From Podarcis erhardii (taxonomy: Eukaryota), in NCBI GenBank assembly GCA_964252035.1, contig OZ176211.1: a stretch of DNA of 64,000 bases. One strand, given 5' to 3'. Position 1 is the first letter of the stretch. Each line of letters starts with the position of its first letter. A program made the position numbers and the translations under genes. Below are positions 11,644 to 24,384 of the stretch, one piece after another. The notes under the pieces were generated by a model that saw only the letters and a list, made by a program, of their open reading frames with translations, was not told where the DNA came from and ran no database searches.

Positions 11644-11746
11644 TGGTGTGAATTGTTGAGTATTCAGTAACTGCTGAAATTGCTGGTGCTGTTGATGTAG
11701 CAGGAGTTGTCTCTGTTGCTCCGGAAGAAATCCAAGTCCAGAAGCA
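11644..11746 (-). CDS. MLLT10: MLLT10 exon (103 bp), Q-rich ASGLGFLPEQQRQLLLHQQHQQFQQLLNTQQFTP
   Basis: Acceptor atttgcag|T (phase 2) and donor CCA|gtgagt. Within ORF 11590..11811. Confidence 0.93.
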
Positions 11747-12695
11747 CTGCAAATTACCAACAAACTCTTAACTGAAAATGCATTTATCTGGTGAATTAGC
11801 TCCTTGATCATTTTTATGGCACTCTTTCAGCAAAAGTTAAAAAAAAAATCTAAAACATTAAATATATGCAGATTAACATGCATGTGCCTAGATGCATTTG
11901 ATTATACATCCCACTAAAATTATTTTAAAACTTTGATGTATCTTAACTTAGGAAAAACAAAACTAGCGTTCTTGTCATTTCAGATTACATTTACAGATCC
12001 AAGTATAAATGCAGCCAAACAAGGGAAGTACTTAATCCCCCCCTGAATTCTGAAGACAAATTAGCAGTAGTTCTTTTTTTCTTTTTCTTTTTTGCATACT
12101 TGCAAAACCAAATGCAGGACTAAATCTCACCCACATTTTGCATGCACAAAAACCCAGCGGTGGGAGAGAAGGATGACTTCCTAGTGCTTACTTCCAAGTT
12201 TGAAAAAGTACATGCACTCATCCTGCACTTTCTAGAAAAAACACACTGAATGCTGTTTACAATGGGCAACACAGTCCATCCATGAACTTGAAGCAGACAT
12301 GGAGAGTTTCTGTGCCAGGGGTGCCTCTACTGCACTATCAAGGTGCTAGCAGTAGGCAGAGACCTAGCAGGACTGCCAGCTATGGGAAGTGTAGCTGATG
12401 AAACCAGGGCGGAGCACAAGGCAGAGCTGTGGTGGAGGCCCTGGCTTTGTGCTGGCTGCCAGCAGTGTTTGCTCCTGAAAGGAGAACCCAAAACCTGGAT
12501 GCACCCATTTCTCCAACATCACCTAGTAAGAAACCAGCACTGCTCCTAGGTCTCAACAACATGGCCTTCTGGGACCGAGAAGGCCAAAAGAGTGGCTGCT
12601 TAGTCAAAAGTGTTCCTTCCCTTGCCAATGCAAGACAGATACCATATTTTTTGCTCTATAAGACTCACTTTTTCCCTCCTAAAAGGTAAGGGGAA

Positions 12696-12696
<1 letters not shown>

Positions 12697-12752
<56 letters not shown>
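12697..12752. repeat. (TG)28 microsatellite
   Basis: Directly visible. Confidence 0.97.
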
Positions 12753-12756
<4 letters not shown>

Positions 12757-13799
12757 GGAGCGAATGCAGGCTGCACAGCTATCCCAGAAGCCAGAACAGC
12801 AAGAGGGATTGCTGCTTTCACTGCACAGCGATTCCTCTTGCTGTTCTGGCTTCTGAGATTCAGAATATTTTTTTTCTTTGTTTTCCTCCTCCAAAAATTA
12901 TGTGCGTCTTGTGGTCTGGTGCGTCTTATAGAGCAAAAAATACGGTACTTATGGAAAGGGGCTGCCTTTAAAGCAATATGCTAAAGAAAAAGACAGAAAG
13001 GGCACAGAAAGATACAGTGAAGAAAAATAAATATGCCAGTGCAAAACACAGGATAAATGAAGTTATCCAATACACTGAGATTGATGCTAACCAAACAGAG
13101 TGTTTCATATGGTGTTACTGTTGTAGCAGTCAAAAAGGAACTGAGTGGGAACATACTTAGAGCATGTGCAGACAGTAGGGGAAAGCAGTCTGCCAAAATG
13201 CAAGCCTAGTTCTAGACTTTTCCAAAACAAAGTCTGTCCAGGTGTAAAATCCAGGTGACTGAACATAGGACAAGAAGCACAGTCAGCAGAATTGTGTCCC
13301 TTGTGGCTAGCCATTTCAACAGCCTGATTAACCAGGGAACATGGCAACTTTAGAGCATGACATGGAAATAGAATAGCTGGATCACATATCCCGTTGTCCA
13401 GTCAACTCATGCAGTATAAGCCCCCAAGCTAAGCTGGAGGGAGAGCATATTGTGGCAGTGCAGACGGTTAAGAGGAGAACTTGGGAGAAAGCATCTAAAC
13501 TGGGAAGTGACTGTTCAAAAAACAAAACAAACAAGAACATGCACAGATGAACACACACTCCATGCTCAAAACAAAATCAGAGAAATTAATCCTATGTTTT
13601 AGGAGTCAGCTGCTGCAAGAGAGAATGACTGCTTAAGTTTCCTATTCACATGCAAAAGGAAATTTGAACACAGTAAGCATTTCTTTTAAGCTCTTCCCTC
13701 AGTACCTTCAAGAAAAAGCAGGTATTTTAGACAGACTTAAAAAAGGAAGGGGGGGATATCAAATATGAGCCAAAAAGACAAACAAGAGCAAAGGCTTAC

Positions 13800-14155
13800 C
13801 TGCTACTCAGTGTAGTTGGCAGAGGATGTGCTGTGTTTGGTGGCCCAGTTGCGTGAGCGAGAGGAGAAGGGTTCTGCGATATTGTGGCAGGAGTCTGAAT
13901 TACCCCATTTAAAGCCCCAACAATTCCATTGATTGCCAGCTGGTTACCTGGCAGAGCTCCAATTATTCCACCAACGGCGGCAGGAATGGTGGATGTTACA
14001 GTTTGCATTCCGCCGGCAAGTGCCCCCACTGTCACGCCATTGACCTGTTGAACTCCTGCGACTCCGGTGCCTTGCTGAGCTGGACTTTGCCCAGCAGGTG
14101 GGGGAGTGGAAAGAGCAGAGGAGCTACTGGTGCTTTGTCCACTGGAGTTGATCTC
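13800..14155 (-). CDS. MLLT10: MLLT10 exon (356 bp), EINSSGQSTSSSSALSTPPPAGQ...GGIIGALPGNQLAINGIVGALNG...LSS
   Basis: Acceptor ttttcattag|GAG and donor AG|gtaagc. Includes ORF 13796..14035. Confidence 0.95.
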
Positions 14156-14270
14156 CTAATGAAAACACAAAGGCTCAGCTGCATCAAACTTCACACAAAA
14201 GCAAATAATCGAGATGCACTATTAACCTAGCAGAAGTCTTAGAATGCATGGAATAGAAAACAAACAGTAC

Positions 14271-14359
14271 CTGATTTAATACGGGAAGGGAATTGTCAGG
14301 TAGAAAGGTGCTTCCCAGATGAGGGCTCTTGCTGCTGTTCAAAGAATCAGTGCTAGCAG
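14271..14359 (-). CDS. MLLT10: MLLT10 exon (89 bp), AASTDSLNSSKSPHLGSTFLPDNSLPVLNQ
   Basis: Acceptor ctgcttttag|CT (phase 1) and donor CAG|gtactg. Matches human DSLNSSKSPHIGNSFLPDNSLPVLNQ. Confidence 0.93.
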
Positions 14360-14776
14360 CTAAAAGCAGGAGTTAAAAACAAACGAGAGTGTGAGAAAAT
14401 CTGTTTCTGCGCCCAAAAGGCATAAAACCTAATTCAACGTGGAACACTTAAATAAAAGTGAATTAATGTTATATTAAATATATGGACTAATAGTGATCTA
14501 CTTCTGCTTTTTTTGCTGTTCAATATGAATCCACAGCCAGCAGAAGTACTTAAATTAATTTCATCTCTTAAGTTTCACCTGGCCAACATATAGTCTCTTT
14601 AAAAGTGTTCTCAGAAATTGCTGATTTTACAGGTCAAAATATAGAATAAAAACAGTAGAAACATTCAATTTGCTTCCTTCTCATACAGATAACAGGCAAT
14701 AGTAAGAGGCCAAAAGCTTTCTGGAAGTTGTGACAGAGCTCTGCATTAAAAACAAAAACTACTATTGTTGCCTTAC

Positions 14777-14965
14777 CAGCCTGAGCTGAAAATGCATGTA
14801 TTTGATGTGAAGGACTTGGATTGCAGGTTATTGTTGGGAAAGGAACTGAAAGCTGGGCATTTAGTAGCTGCAGGCGTTCCTTTTTAGCAGTCAGGTTTTT
14901 AATCTGTTCTTCTAAGCGTCGGTTCTCAACTTGAAGCTGGTGCAATGACTTCAGCATACCTAAAA
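14777..14965 (-). CDS. MLLT10: MLLT10 exon (189 bp), leucine zipper LGMLKSLHQLQVENRRLEEQIKNLTAKKERLQLLNAQL (DOT1L-binding OM-LZ)
   Basis: ORF 14634..14984. Acceptor ttttggtcag|TT; donor G|gtaagg. Confidence 0.97.
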
Positions 14966-16364
14966 CTGACCAAAATACGACCAATCAATCCAAGTCCCTG
15001 AAAAATTCTAATTAAAGGTGCTATTTCTTAACATAATAACTGCATACATTGTTCCGGCTTGGAATAATTTTTTTTTTAAAATCTAAGACACCACTAGCAA
15101 ATCAGTTACTTTTTTACTTCTCTAGTAATTTCTTTTTAAGATATGTCCTTATCAGAAAGACAGGCAAAGAAGTGAAAAATGCTCTAAATTCCCTTTGAAG
15201 TTAGGCATGGTGAGAACTACAGGGGTCAATTCATACACATCTGTTTATCCCCATCTCTGCTTAGTGTGTGCATGCCTGTGCAGTCACATATTCTGGAAGC
15301 CCCAAGTGCATAAGCTTCTTAATATGGGACACATATTTCAGAGGACAAAGTCTGACTCCTGTACCCGGCTTAACGCGCAAAGAATTTTGTAACTCACTCT
15401 CATTTGTCCCTACCAATGGCCATAAACAAATGGCAGCGCACACACTTTCAGTTTACCATCACTTTTCTAAAGGAAAGATTCCTTCAGGAGCATCCACTGC
15501 CAAGTAATTGTTCAAGAAAAAGATACTCAGTTTGGGTTGTACAAAAGTTTTAAATGCTATTATGCTCTCACAGAACAGTTTTGTAGGGTTTTCTTTTTCA
15601 TTTTTGGGGGGGGCTGATTTGTTGACTCATTGGCCAAAAAACCTGCAAATTTATGTAATCAATGAAAACTTTTACTCTGTTTTTATTGCTTTTAAATCAA
15701 CAGACTCCAGCTGCTTTCAATGTCCCTCTAAAGAGCACCCAGCAGGGAGCAGGAGGAACCCTGCAGTCTCTGCCCTCTCCCTGCAGATAAAGTACATCCT
15801 CAGCCAAATACCATCTTCTCGACTCTCAAATTTGGATTTTGGGTGAATTTTGGGACTTTCGCATCAGCCTGCATGCAAGATAGTTTAGCGATTAAAACAC
15901 GGTAAAAACTACTTTTTAAATTGTAAATTGTACTTGTTCAACGTGACCTCTGGGCCTAATACAGACGCCAGTCTACTGGTACAGGCACATCTGGTCATTT
16001 CCCAAGGATTTAGCTTTTTTATCCCTCCTCTTCAAGAACATACAAAGGAACTCTCAGTGTGCCCAAATGAGATGCAATAAGACTTAGCTAAACCTGTCCT
16101 CCAGCTATCATGTTTAAAGGATTATCCCTGCATGAATTTCCTCACAATTAGCATTTTTGTCAGGGTACCATTCATAAAAAAAAAAATACCAACTAGATGG
16201 CACTTCTCTCACTATCAACAACCAGGGAAGCACGCTCAATGTTTTATTTGTTAATTGTTTAAAAATATTAATTTTACCATTTCAAATATTTAAATGCTTG
16301 GCTTACAAACAGAAAATCACTTCTCAAAAGGGGCTCAGGCAATCATTTAGACCACATATATAAG

Positions 16365-16365
<1 letters not shown>

Positions 16366-16413
<48 letters not shown>
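16366..16413. repeat. (TTA)16 microsatellite
   Basis: Directly visible. Confidence 0.97.
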
Positions 16414-16414
<1 letters not shown>

Positions 16415-16698
16415 AATGTTCCCACATCTGCTGTAACCCACTAACCAGATCTCCCCCGTTGTCAAGGTTCTGGAGCAAAATGTCATTGGCCAACATTTCA
16501 GGCAAGCATTTTTTCATTCCAAGATGGGGAGAGGCTGCCAGAACCATGTTTAAACACATTATTATGCTTTAGCAATGTTTATCACTGTTCAAACGTAATT
16601 AACGCACACTCACCAGAAAACATTTCTCTGTTGGATATTACATAAATGGTTAACAATGTTCAGCGTTTGAAACAGGCAAGACAGTATGAAGTACTTAC

Positions 16699-16853
16699 TG
16701 TCACTAGGGGTGCCCTGTTCTAGCAAGAACTGCTGCCCTTCACTCCATTGCCTCTCCAGAAGTTGCTCTATAGTAACTGGTACCGGGGGCAAATGCTCCA
16801 CATTGCTATTCCCTGGCTGATCATAACGAATCTGTAAATTACTTACAGGCGAC
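16699..16853 (-). CDS. MLLT10: MLLT10 exon (155 bp), SPVSNLQIRYDQ...IEQLLERQWSEGQQFLLEQGTPSD (octapeptide motif EQLLERQW)
   Basis: ORF 16610..16801. Acceptor cttcctacag|G; donor A|gtaagt. Confidence 0.97.
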
Positions 16854-19800
16854 CTGTAGGAAGATTATAAATTATATTTAAAAGGAAGAGGAGGGAGGAG
16901 AACCCCACATAAAAGACCCAGCAACTTTCTTTAGCTGCTCCTTAACCCCTTGCAAATCAACATTCCTTAAGATCCCTTACTGGCTCCCATTAACAATGGT
17001 TTAAAATAAAATCCCAGCATGACAACAGTTCTTAGAAAATTTCTGTTCAAAATACAAAGCTTCTCTTATTTGGATAATCTAATTTAAAAGTGCCCAGATG
17101 AATGCAAACTTCATCAGCTGATGGAATGTTTTGCTGATATAATCAACCACAAGAGCTCTACAGAAGATATATATGTATATAACAAGCAACACCTTTATAC
17201 AATGCCAGGCAATAAAATACTTGTCAAATTCCTGAGGTCCTCCATAGTTTATGAAATTTTGCACAAATACGCTTACGTGAGATTTTAGGAAGAAAATGAC
17301 TGTGCCATTCAAATACTTATGGCTTATGTTTTGATCATCAAATATCTTTGGAATCTAGCCCAATGAATAGCTAAAGAAAAGAGGAATGTACCATGCTATT
17401 AATCTCTATTTAAAAGGCAAGGCTTCTGTATGATGTAGTATAGGATCTCTGTATAACTGAACCAAGCGATTAAGTCCCTATACTAAAGAAAAACCTTAAG
17501 TATAACAGCAGTCAATATGACATGCAAGAAATTAAAGGCACATGTAGACAGTATAGCTAATTTAGGTCACAACAGGAAATCCTGATCAGCATGTAATGTG
17601 ACAGACACTTTTACAATTTGGAAACTTTTGTTTCTTAAAAAAAAAATTAACACACACAAACCGAGAGCACATTACAATTTCTTTGAGGACTGTGACCTCA
17701 TTGAGTCTTTTGAGTGCCAAGCATTTCCTGTGTCAGAGTCGAGAGATAACATTACAGCAGCTTCCTATCAAAATTATACTTCAGACATTTTTAAATTCAT
17801 CTTAAAAATTAAAAATACATATAGACCTAAGATGCTGGTGAATTCAAATACTTCCTGTCCACTTAATTACAAGAATATTGCAATTTCCTTCTGACATTCA
17901 CAGTTTTCAAGTATAGATTCTTGAACATGACAGCACAAAGCATTTCCCCCAGCACTCTGCCTTAGCTGGAGTAGAGGGCACGTAAAAAGCTACCTACTAT
18001 TTAAAATACATGTAACTTCTGTCTTAATGCGGCACCATTTATATCAGTATCAGGGCTGCTTTGAATTTAACGGGCTTTGGATCCAACACTTCCTATTGCC
18101 ATATTGCATAATCTCTGTTGGTTTGACCAGGAATTCAATATTCAGCCTATTATCGCATGTAACTAATGAATCTATGCCCCTATTTCCAAGTAACAAAAAT
18201 AGTTTCAGATCACATTTACTTAATCTAGTTTAAAGCACATAGAAATTAAGAGAATTGCTGAGAAACATGCAGGAGAACTAACACAGTAACAGAAAGCAAG
18301 ACCACAAAAGTCTTGTTTTCTGGCCTGGTATGTAGGATATACAGTGTTTTTTGTACTGAAAAGATCACCAGCAACATCCTGCATTGGGAAATATTTTGTT
18401 TAAAATCAAAGCTGGTAATCAGAAGAAATAGGCAAAAAGGAAATGAACACAAAGTGTGAATTATTTCATAAACAGCTAACATTCAGTTGGACTCTAGATC
18501 TTCTGCAGGATACTATCAGTGATATTACTCAATAAGGAAAGCAAGGGGCAAGTGACAAAGATCAGATTTAAAAGTATCTTATAATTTTTTATTCCACTTC
18601 ATTTTTACACCCTTGTAAACAGTTAAAAGCTGTTCTTAAAGAACAAAACAAGTTAAAATAGCAAATGGAAATCTCATTTTCACAAGTGGGTATGCTGGGG
18701 TAAATCCTAGCCAGAAAATAAATAACCTAAAATTGTGTAAGTGGTCCCCTCTAAGTAAGCAAATCTTGATGATAACTAACTATAGAGCTGGAGTCAAGTG
18801 AAATAGGATGCTAGAAAGCATTAAGGGCAAGAAAAGACACAAAGAATTATGTAATTCTGTATAAATCCACATTATGAAAGTACACATATTATACCAAATA
18901 TGATTTTTTTCTAATAAGAAATTATATCTATAGAATGCTTAATAGCACTACTTGAATGCAGAACATCTTCCATACAAGATTAAATCCAATCAAAAATTAC
19001 ACCATTTGAAGGAAAATTCAGAGCTTGTAGTATGGAAATGTATAAGATCATAAACAGGGTCAAGTAGATATAAAACTGCTATATACTCTTCAGTACAATG
19101 CAAGAATTACATGACACCAAATCCATTGTTCTTCCTTACAAAGTATACTAAATCTACAATTGTATCACAGAAGTGGGGCAATATACTACATTGGTTAAAA
19201 TACAGCATTAAACATATTAATCTGTGGTTATTAGCCAATGTGACCAGAGCAGCACTTCTGCACATAGTCTCAAAGGGTGCAGAGTCGACTGCTGCACAAA
19301 CCTCCATTCACTTATTTGGATGCATTGTGGGAGATCTGCATAAGCTCTATGTTAATGATTGTGCATTATACAGGCATATATGCTTAGTAGACTGCACTAA
19401 ATCTAAACCCTTTGAATGTCAGGAATTGGGGGGGGGGGAGGTGCAAAGAGCAGATCATCCCATACCTGCATATTTCCCGAACAATCAGACAGGGCACTAG
19501 GTTTACCAAAGGTCACTGGCTAGATCTAAACTGGCAGTTTTTATATATAAAATAGTGGAGTGTGATTAAAAGATACATTGTCCCTTTCCATTGTTTCATG
19601 TACAGTGTCAGAGACAGATGTATTGTCTTACACACAATTTTGCACCCTTTTGGGTGTATTATAAAACAGAATGGGATAAAACTGAAGGGTTTCATAAAAT
19701 CAAAATACTTAAAATCTTAACACATGTTTAACATGTGTTTTATACCTACAGGAGTGCGCATATGCCAAGTTGTTTCATATAAGCATAGATAGCATTTTAT

Positions 19801-20855
19801 TTGCAAGCGTATGTTAATAATGTTTCACTTTGTTATAATTACATGTAATCCATAAATAACAAATATATCTGAAGAAGAGTTGAGTGCTAGGCCATAATCC
19901 ATAAAGACCTGAAGCAAACCTAAATTCCAGTGAAATCAATGGTACTTAAACAAGCAGAATTTCTGTGTATTCTGTGTCATTATTCCTCTATTTATGAAAG
20001 AGTTCTGAAAAGGGACAAGACCCTAATAAAAATACTTAAATAAAAAGTTTTCCAATAATCCACATGTTTACCAGACCAAAAAAAAAATTGATCAAAAGGC
20101 TTAGTATGCTGCAACACTAATAATAAGAAAATACATTACATTATCCGTTTTATTTAATTTTAACTAACTAATGCACAATGGAACCCTACAAACAGCTCCA
20201 ACAGAGATAAAGATGTTTAAGGAAATAGATCTATATACGTAAAAGGCTTAATTTGCAACCTGTCACAGTCCATCTTCATAAGACTTTTGAGGATTTGTCC
20301 CTAAGACAATACTGGCCTGATTCTTCAGAAGTGAATATATTTTCAGTCAGTCTTTGGGATTTGCAAGCTCTTGAAAATCAGGCCACAGATCACTAACATT
20401 CACTTTACAGTTCATTTACTCTTGTACATGACACAGCACTTCTGATTAGATATGGGACATTGACATGCCTCCACTAACAATGTTTTTTATTTATTACCAA
20501 CTTATTAAATGACTGCTGATACTGCAGCAGCAGCACATAGTGCTATTCTATAATTAAGCAAAAAGTTTAAGAATGCCAACCAATAATTATGAAAAAAAAA
20601 TTCCACTGAAGTCAATATACAAGCAGTGCAATACCATCTTTACATGACACTTAGCAACAAATACTATTTCTTTAAACAAAGACATCAGCATAAAGTGATT
20701 AAATTCTGGTGACCAGTGTTTCAGTTCTGGTCATGTCTACATTTTAGATTTCATTGCCTTTGGAAGAACTTTCCCTTTTCCTGAACTACCTATCTTTTTC
20801 TTTCTTTAACACATTTAAAAAACACATTTAACATATAAAATGTTTACATTTAACA

Positions 20856-20856
<1 letters not shown>

Positions 20857-20890
<34 letters not shown>
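20857..20890. repeat. Compound (TC)n(TA)n microsatellite
   Basis: Directly visible. Confidence 0.9.
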
Positions 20891-20891
<1 letters not shown>

Positions 20892-21206
20892 GGGCATTTG
20901 GTAGCTGCTGATATACAGGATTTTACATACAAATAATCAACTAGCCATATAGGTGAGCCAAGATTATGTAACAATTGGAGGGATGTGGAATTCCCCAAAG
21001 CCATTTTCATACCAGAGGTAAAATATATTATTTTATTAGTTAATCCTGTTAAGTTGATATTGGGAACATTTTTCTTTACCCCTCTAGACACAAATCTGTA
21101 CAATTCTGTTCAGCCTAAATGAAAGCATGGCTGATAAGACATAAAAGTTTCCATGCCTTAAAGAATATTTCCTTTGCCTTAACTCAGGAGTGTAAATACT
21201 GCTTAC

Positions 21207-21279
21207 CGTGGTGAAAGGCTTCCTCTGGGTGAGCCTCCCCTGCCCACAAGGCTCCGGCTATTGTCTCCAAGATCTTGAT
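21207..21279 (-). CDS. MLLT10: MLLT10 exon (73 bp), DQDLGDNSRSLVGRGGSPRGSLSPR
   Basis: Acceptor tactctgcag|AT and donor CG|gtaagc; phases fit both neighbours. Confidence 0.93.
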
Positions 21280-22577
21280 CTGCAGAGTAAATATTTCAAA
21301 GCCAAGAGTGACTCTTTCCGAGATAATATTTTAAGATGCTGCAGATAGGGAGATCCTTTCAAAATGTAATCCAGTATCTGGGAGTTGCTAGTAACACTAG
21401 AGAAGGTTACCAGTTTAAAACTGCTAACTGCAGTGGGGAAGGCATTGTCCGCACACATTTCTCTGAGCGTAGCAGGCCAAGGATTAGCCTCAGTCCTTTC
21501 ATTGCTTTCAGTTTTATAGCACAGAAGCATGGCTTGCATTTCCAGTACCCTCCCCTCAGCCACTTTTAATTTCTGCAGCGAAAGTAATGAATCACAGCTG
21601 TGGACAGCTAATCTGTATGCTTATCACAGCAAATCCCCAGGCTTTGTATTTTTGTTAACACTTTGCATCCCAGGAAAACCCATAAACCGCCCTGTATATT
21701 TACTTCTTATCAGTAACTTTTCCCCCCCAGAAGTTTCACTAACAAATGTTAAAGCATACATTATTTTCTAAAAAAAAGTTAATGCCTATTACTTTAAAAG
21801 TGAAGAAAAAGAAAGATGGAGAATATGAGATGTGTTTAAAATGTATCATTAAATACATGGAAGCGTCTTGCTTGGTAGGACTCAAAAGGGTTATTTTCCC
21901 CTATGGCCTCTCAATAAAATAACCCTATCTGCCCCCTTCAAGGTTGCCCTCCCCCTATTCTGCAGCAAATGACCTCTGGCCTCTTAGAGGGCAAGACATG
22001 ACTGATCCATTCTTGGTAAACTGCTAAACTCATTCCCTTCCCCCAAACAGGCATGACTATTACGACATGTCAACAAATCCTTAAGGATGGAATGAAACAA
22101 AGCAACTCCAGCAGCTCATTAGATTTTTTTTTTCTTCTTTTTAAGCCAATACTATTTTTTTTAAAAAAGCATCATTTTTAAAAACACTGCGAAAGTTTAC
22201 GTAACAGGATCTCGGTCACACAAACTTGTATTTCGTGCAATTTCATGAATTATGCAAATAAAGGTTTAAACTATTCACAACAAACCCCAGCGCTGCTCTC
22301 CCCTCATTGCAGAGAACTAAGAGAAGTGAACGCATCAATCACCAAAGTCACAGGAGACCTTGTTGCATTCCTGCCTGCTCATGGCTCTGCTTAAACATTT
22401 ACATTTCAGACAGTGGAAGATACACAGCAATGACTTCGGCAGTAAAGCAGCATTCATTTCCAAAATGCAGCAAGCTGTTAAACATGCAGCTGAACCAAAA
22501 GCAAGAAGGAATTAGCTAAAAAATATCCTTTTAAAAGATACGGTGCAAAAGAGACATTTTGAAAATCTTTATCTTGC

Positions 22578-22695
22578 CTGTTTGACTGTTTTCAGACTGA
22601 GATGTAAGTGCTCCCATTGTTGAGGTGGGGTTCAGCCTATTGCCATATGTATGAGATGGAGGCAGGCTGAGAGAAGATCCAGGTAGGGTATTTGC
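22578..22695 (-). CDS. MLLT10: MLLT10 exon (118 bp), ANTLPGSSLSLPPSHTYGNRLNPTSTMGALTSQSENSQT; GC donor
   Basis: Acceptor tttttgtatag|GCA. Ends ACAG|gcaaga (non-canonical GC donor, phase 1). Matches human ANTLSGSSLSQAPSHMYGNR..QSENNQT. Confidence 0.9.
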
Positions 22696-24384
22696 CTATA
22701 CAAAAATAAAATTAAAATATGTTTATACTTTTGCAGAGAAAAACCTAACAAGGCATCACCTGAAAGTGTCACAAACTCAACACAGGCAGTCAAGAATATC
22801 ACACATGTACAGTCTTCAAATCAGGCTTAGAACCAAATAAATATATTTGAAAACTAAACAAACATTTCCAACTTTATGATACCGTATAAGAGTGTTTCCC
22901 AAACTTAAAATAATAGCGGGACAGATGATTTGGGGGTAGTTTTAACAATACGTATTTTTGAAAGCTAAAAAACAACAATAAAGTCAAATAAAAGAAATCT
23001 GCCGTAAGCCTTGCACACACATTCCTGGGGATCCATGTATCACACTTTGGAAAACACCGCTGTAGAGCATTGCAACATTCAAACTAATCCGCACCAGAAA
23101 TGGCATGAGCTACCATTTCAAAGTAACTGCTACAAAATGTTGGGTAACACAGAATTGCTCACATTTCCAAAGGACGCAGGCAATACCAGGGCTTGGCTGC
23201 ATGGTGACCATGTGGTTTTCCTAATTATTTAATCTTATTAAACCATTTACAGAATAAGGGCAGGTAGACAACAGATGTCTCACAAATGCTTGGGTTCCTT
23301 ACATCACAAGAAGGCAATGAAGGTCAAAAGATCCAACTTCCAGCTTTATAGTTTAACCGCATAGAGTCATATTTCCTTTGTTGTGCTCTATCATTAGTAA
23401 AACCTGAACACGATTTGGTTACTTCCTATTTCATTTACACGAGGAAACCAAGTTTTTGTTTTTGTTTTATTTTACAGAAAACACAGCCATTACAAGTACG
23501 TTTCTATACAACGTTGGGCTCCGTGAATCACAGCTCTGCCCCAACCCCCTTATAAGGAAGTTCAGTTTTGGCAGCTGGCCAGTTCAACTTACTGAAGAGC
23601 TCATCCAAAATTGTATTCATTCATGTTGCTAACCACAATTCCGAAGTTCTCCGCTGGGACTTGTGCCAAACAAGCAAAATGAACCCTTGAAGAGATAAAA
23701 CTGAGGAGGCTGGCAGAACTTTTGTCTAATCCGGCGTAATAAAAATACCTTCTTCCCTTAACTCTGTTACTTTCTACTAACATAACTCATTTAATACTCA
23801 ATTTGGAAGCTTGGTGAACTGCTACCAGTTCTTCAGAGAATTGCTTTTAAGAAGACTATATTATAGATTTCAGCCTCATGGTATTGACGCAGAGAAAGTT
23901 AAACACTTAAAAAATTATAAATAGTTTTAATTTAAACTCAAAAAACATGAAAATTTGTTTTTGAAGAAGAAATTAATTTTAAAGGTGTAATCCAGCCAAA
24001 GTTAAGTGTCTGATCACAAGCACACTTACTAGGGAGTAAGCCCCACTGGAAAATTACTTTCTCATAAACATACTTGAGATTGTACAACACAACCCATTGA
24101 ATTCAATGGAATAGTTAAACTTGTGTTTAATATTAAGATCAACAGATTTTTAAAATGCTGAAATTGGACAGCTTGCCCCCATTTAAAAGAAGGTTGACTA
24201 GCTGCACACAACATAAATACCATAAGCAAAATATTACAAAGTATAAGCTGCATCTTTAAAAGAATCTTACTCTGCTATTAGGCTTTGGCCTCCAGCCAAC
24301 ATGTTAAGCTTCTACAAATGTATACATTTATCAACTATTTCTAAAGAAAGTCAATAGCCCTTGCTTATAAACCAAGGGAAAATT

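Noticed and set aside
12610-12984. 124-aa ORF on + with a CVCVCV run
   Set aside because: Artefact of the (TG)28 microsatellite; antisense to an MLLT10 intron with no domain similarity.
16826-16853. GTAAGT...TTACAG 15-nt in-frame 'intron' inside the OM exon
   Set aside because: Far below minimal intron size; the peptide matches human VSSLQ. Using either site alone would frameshift.
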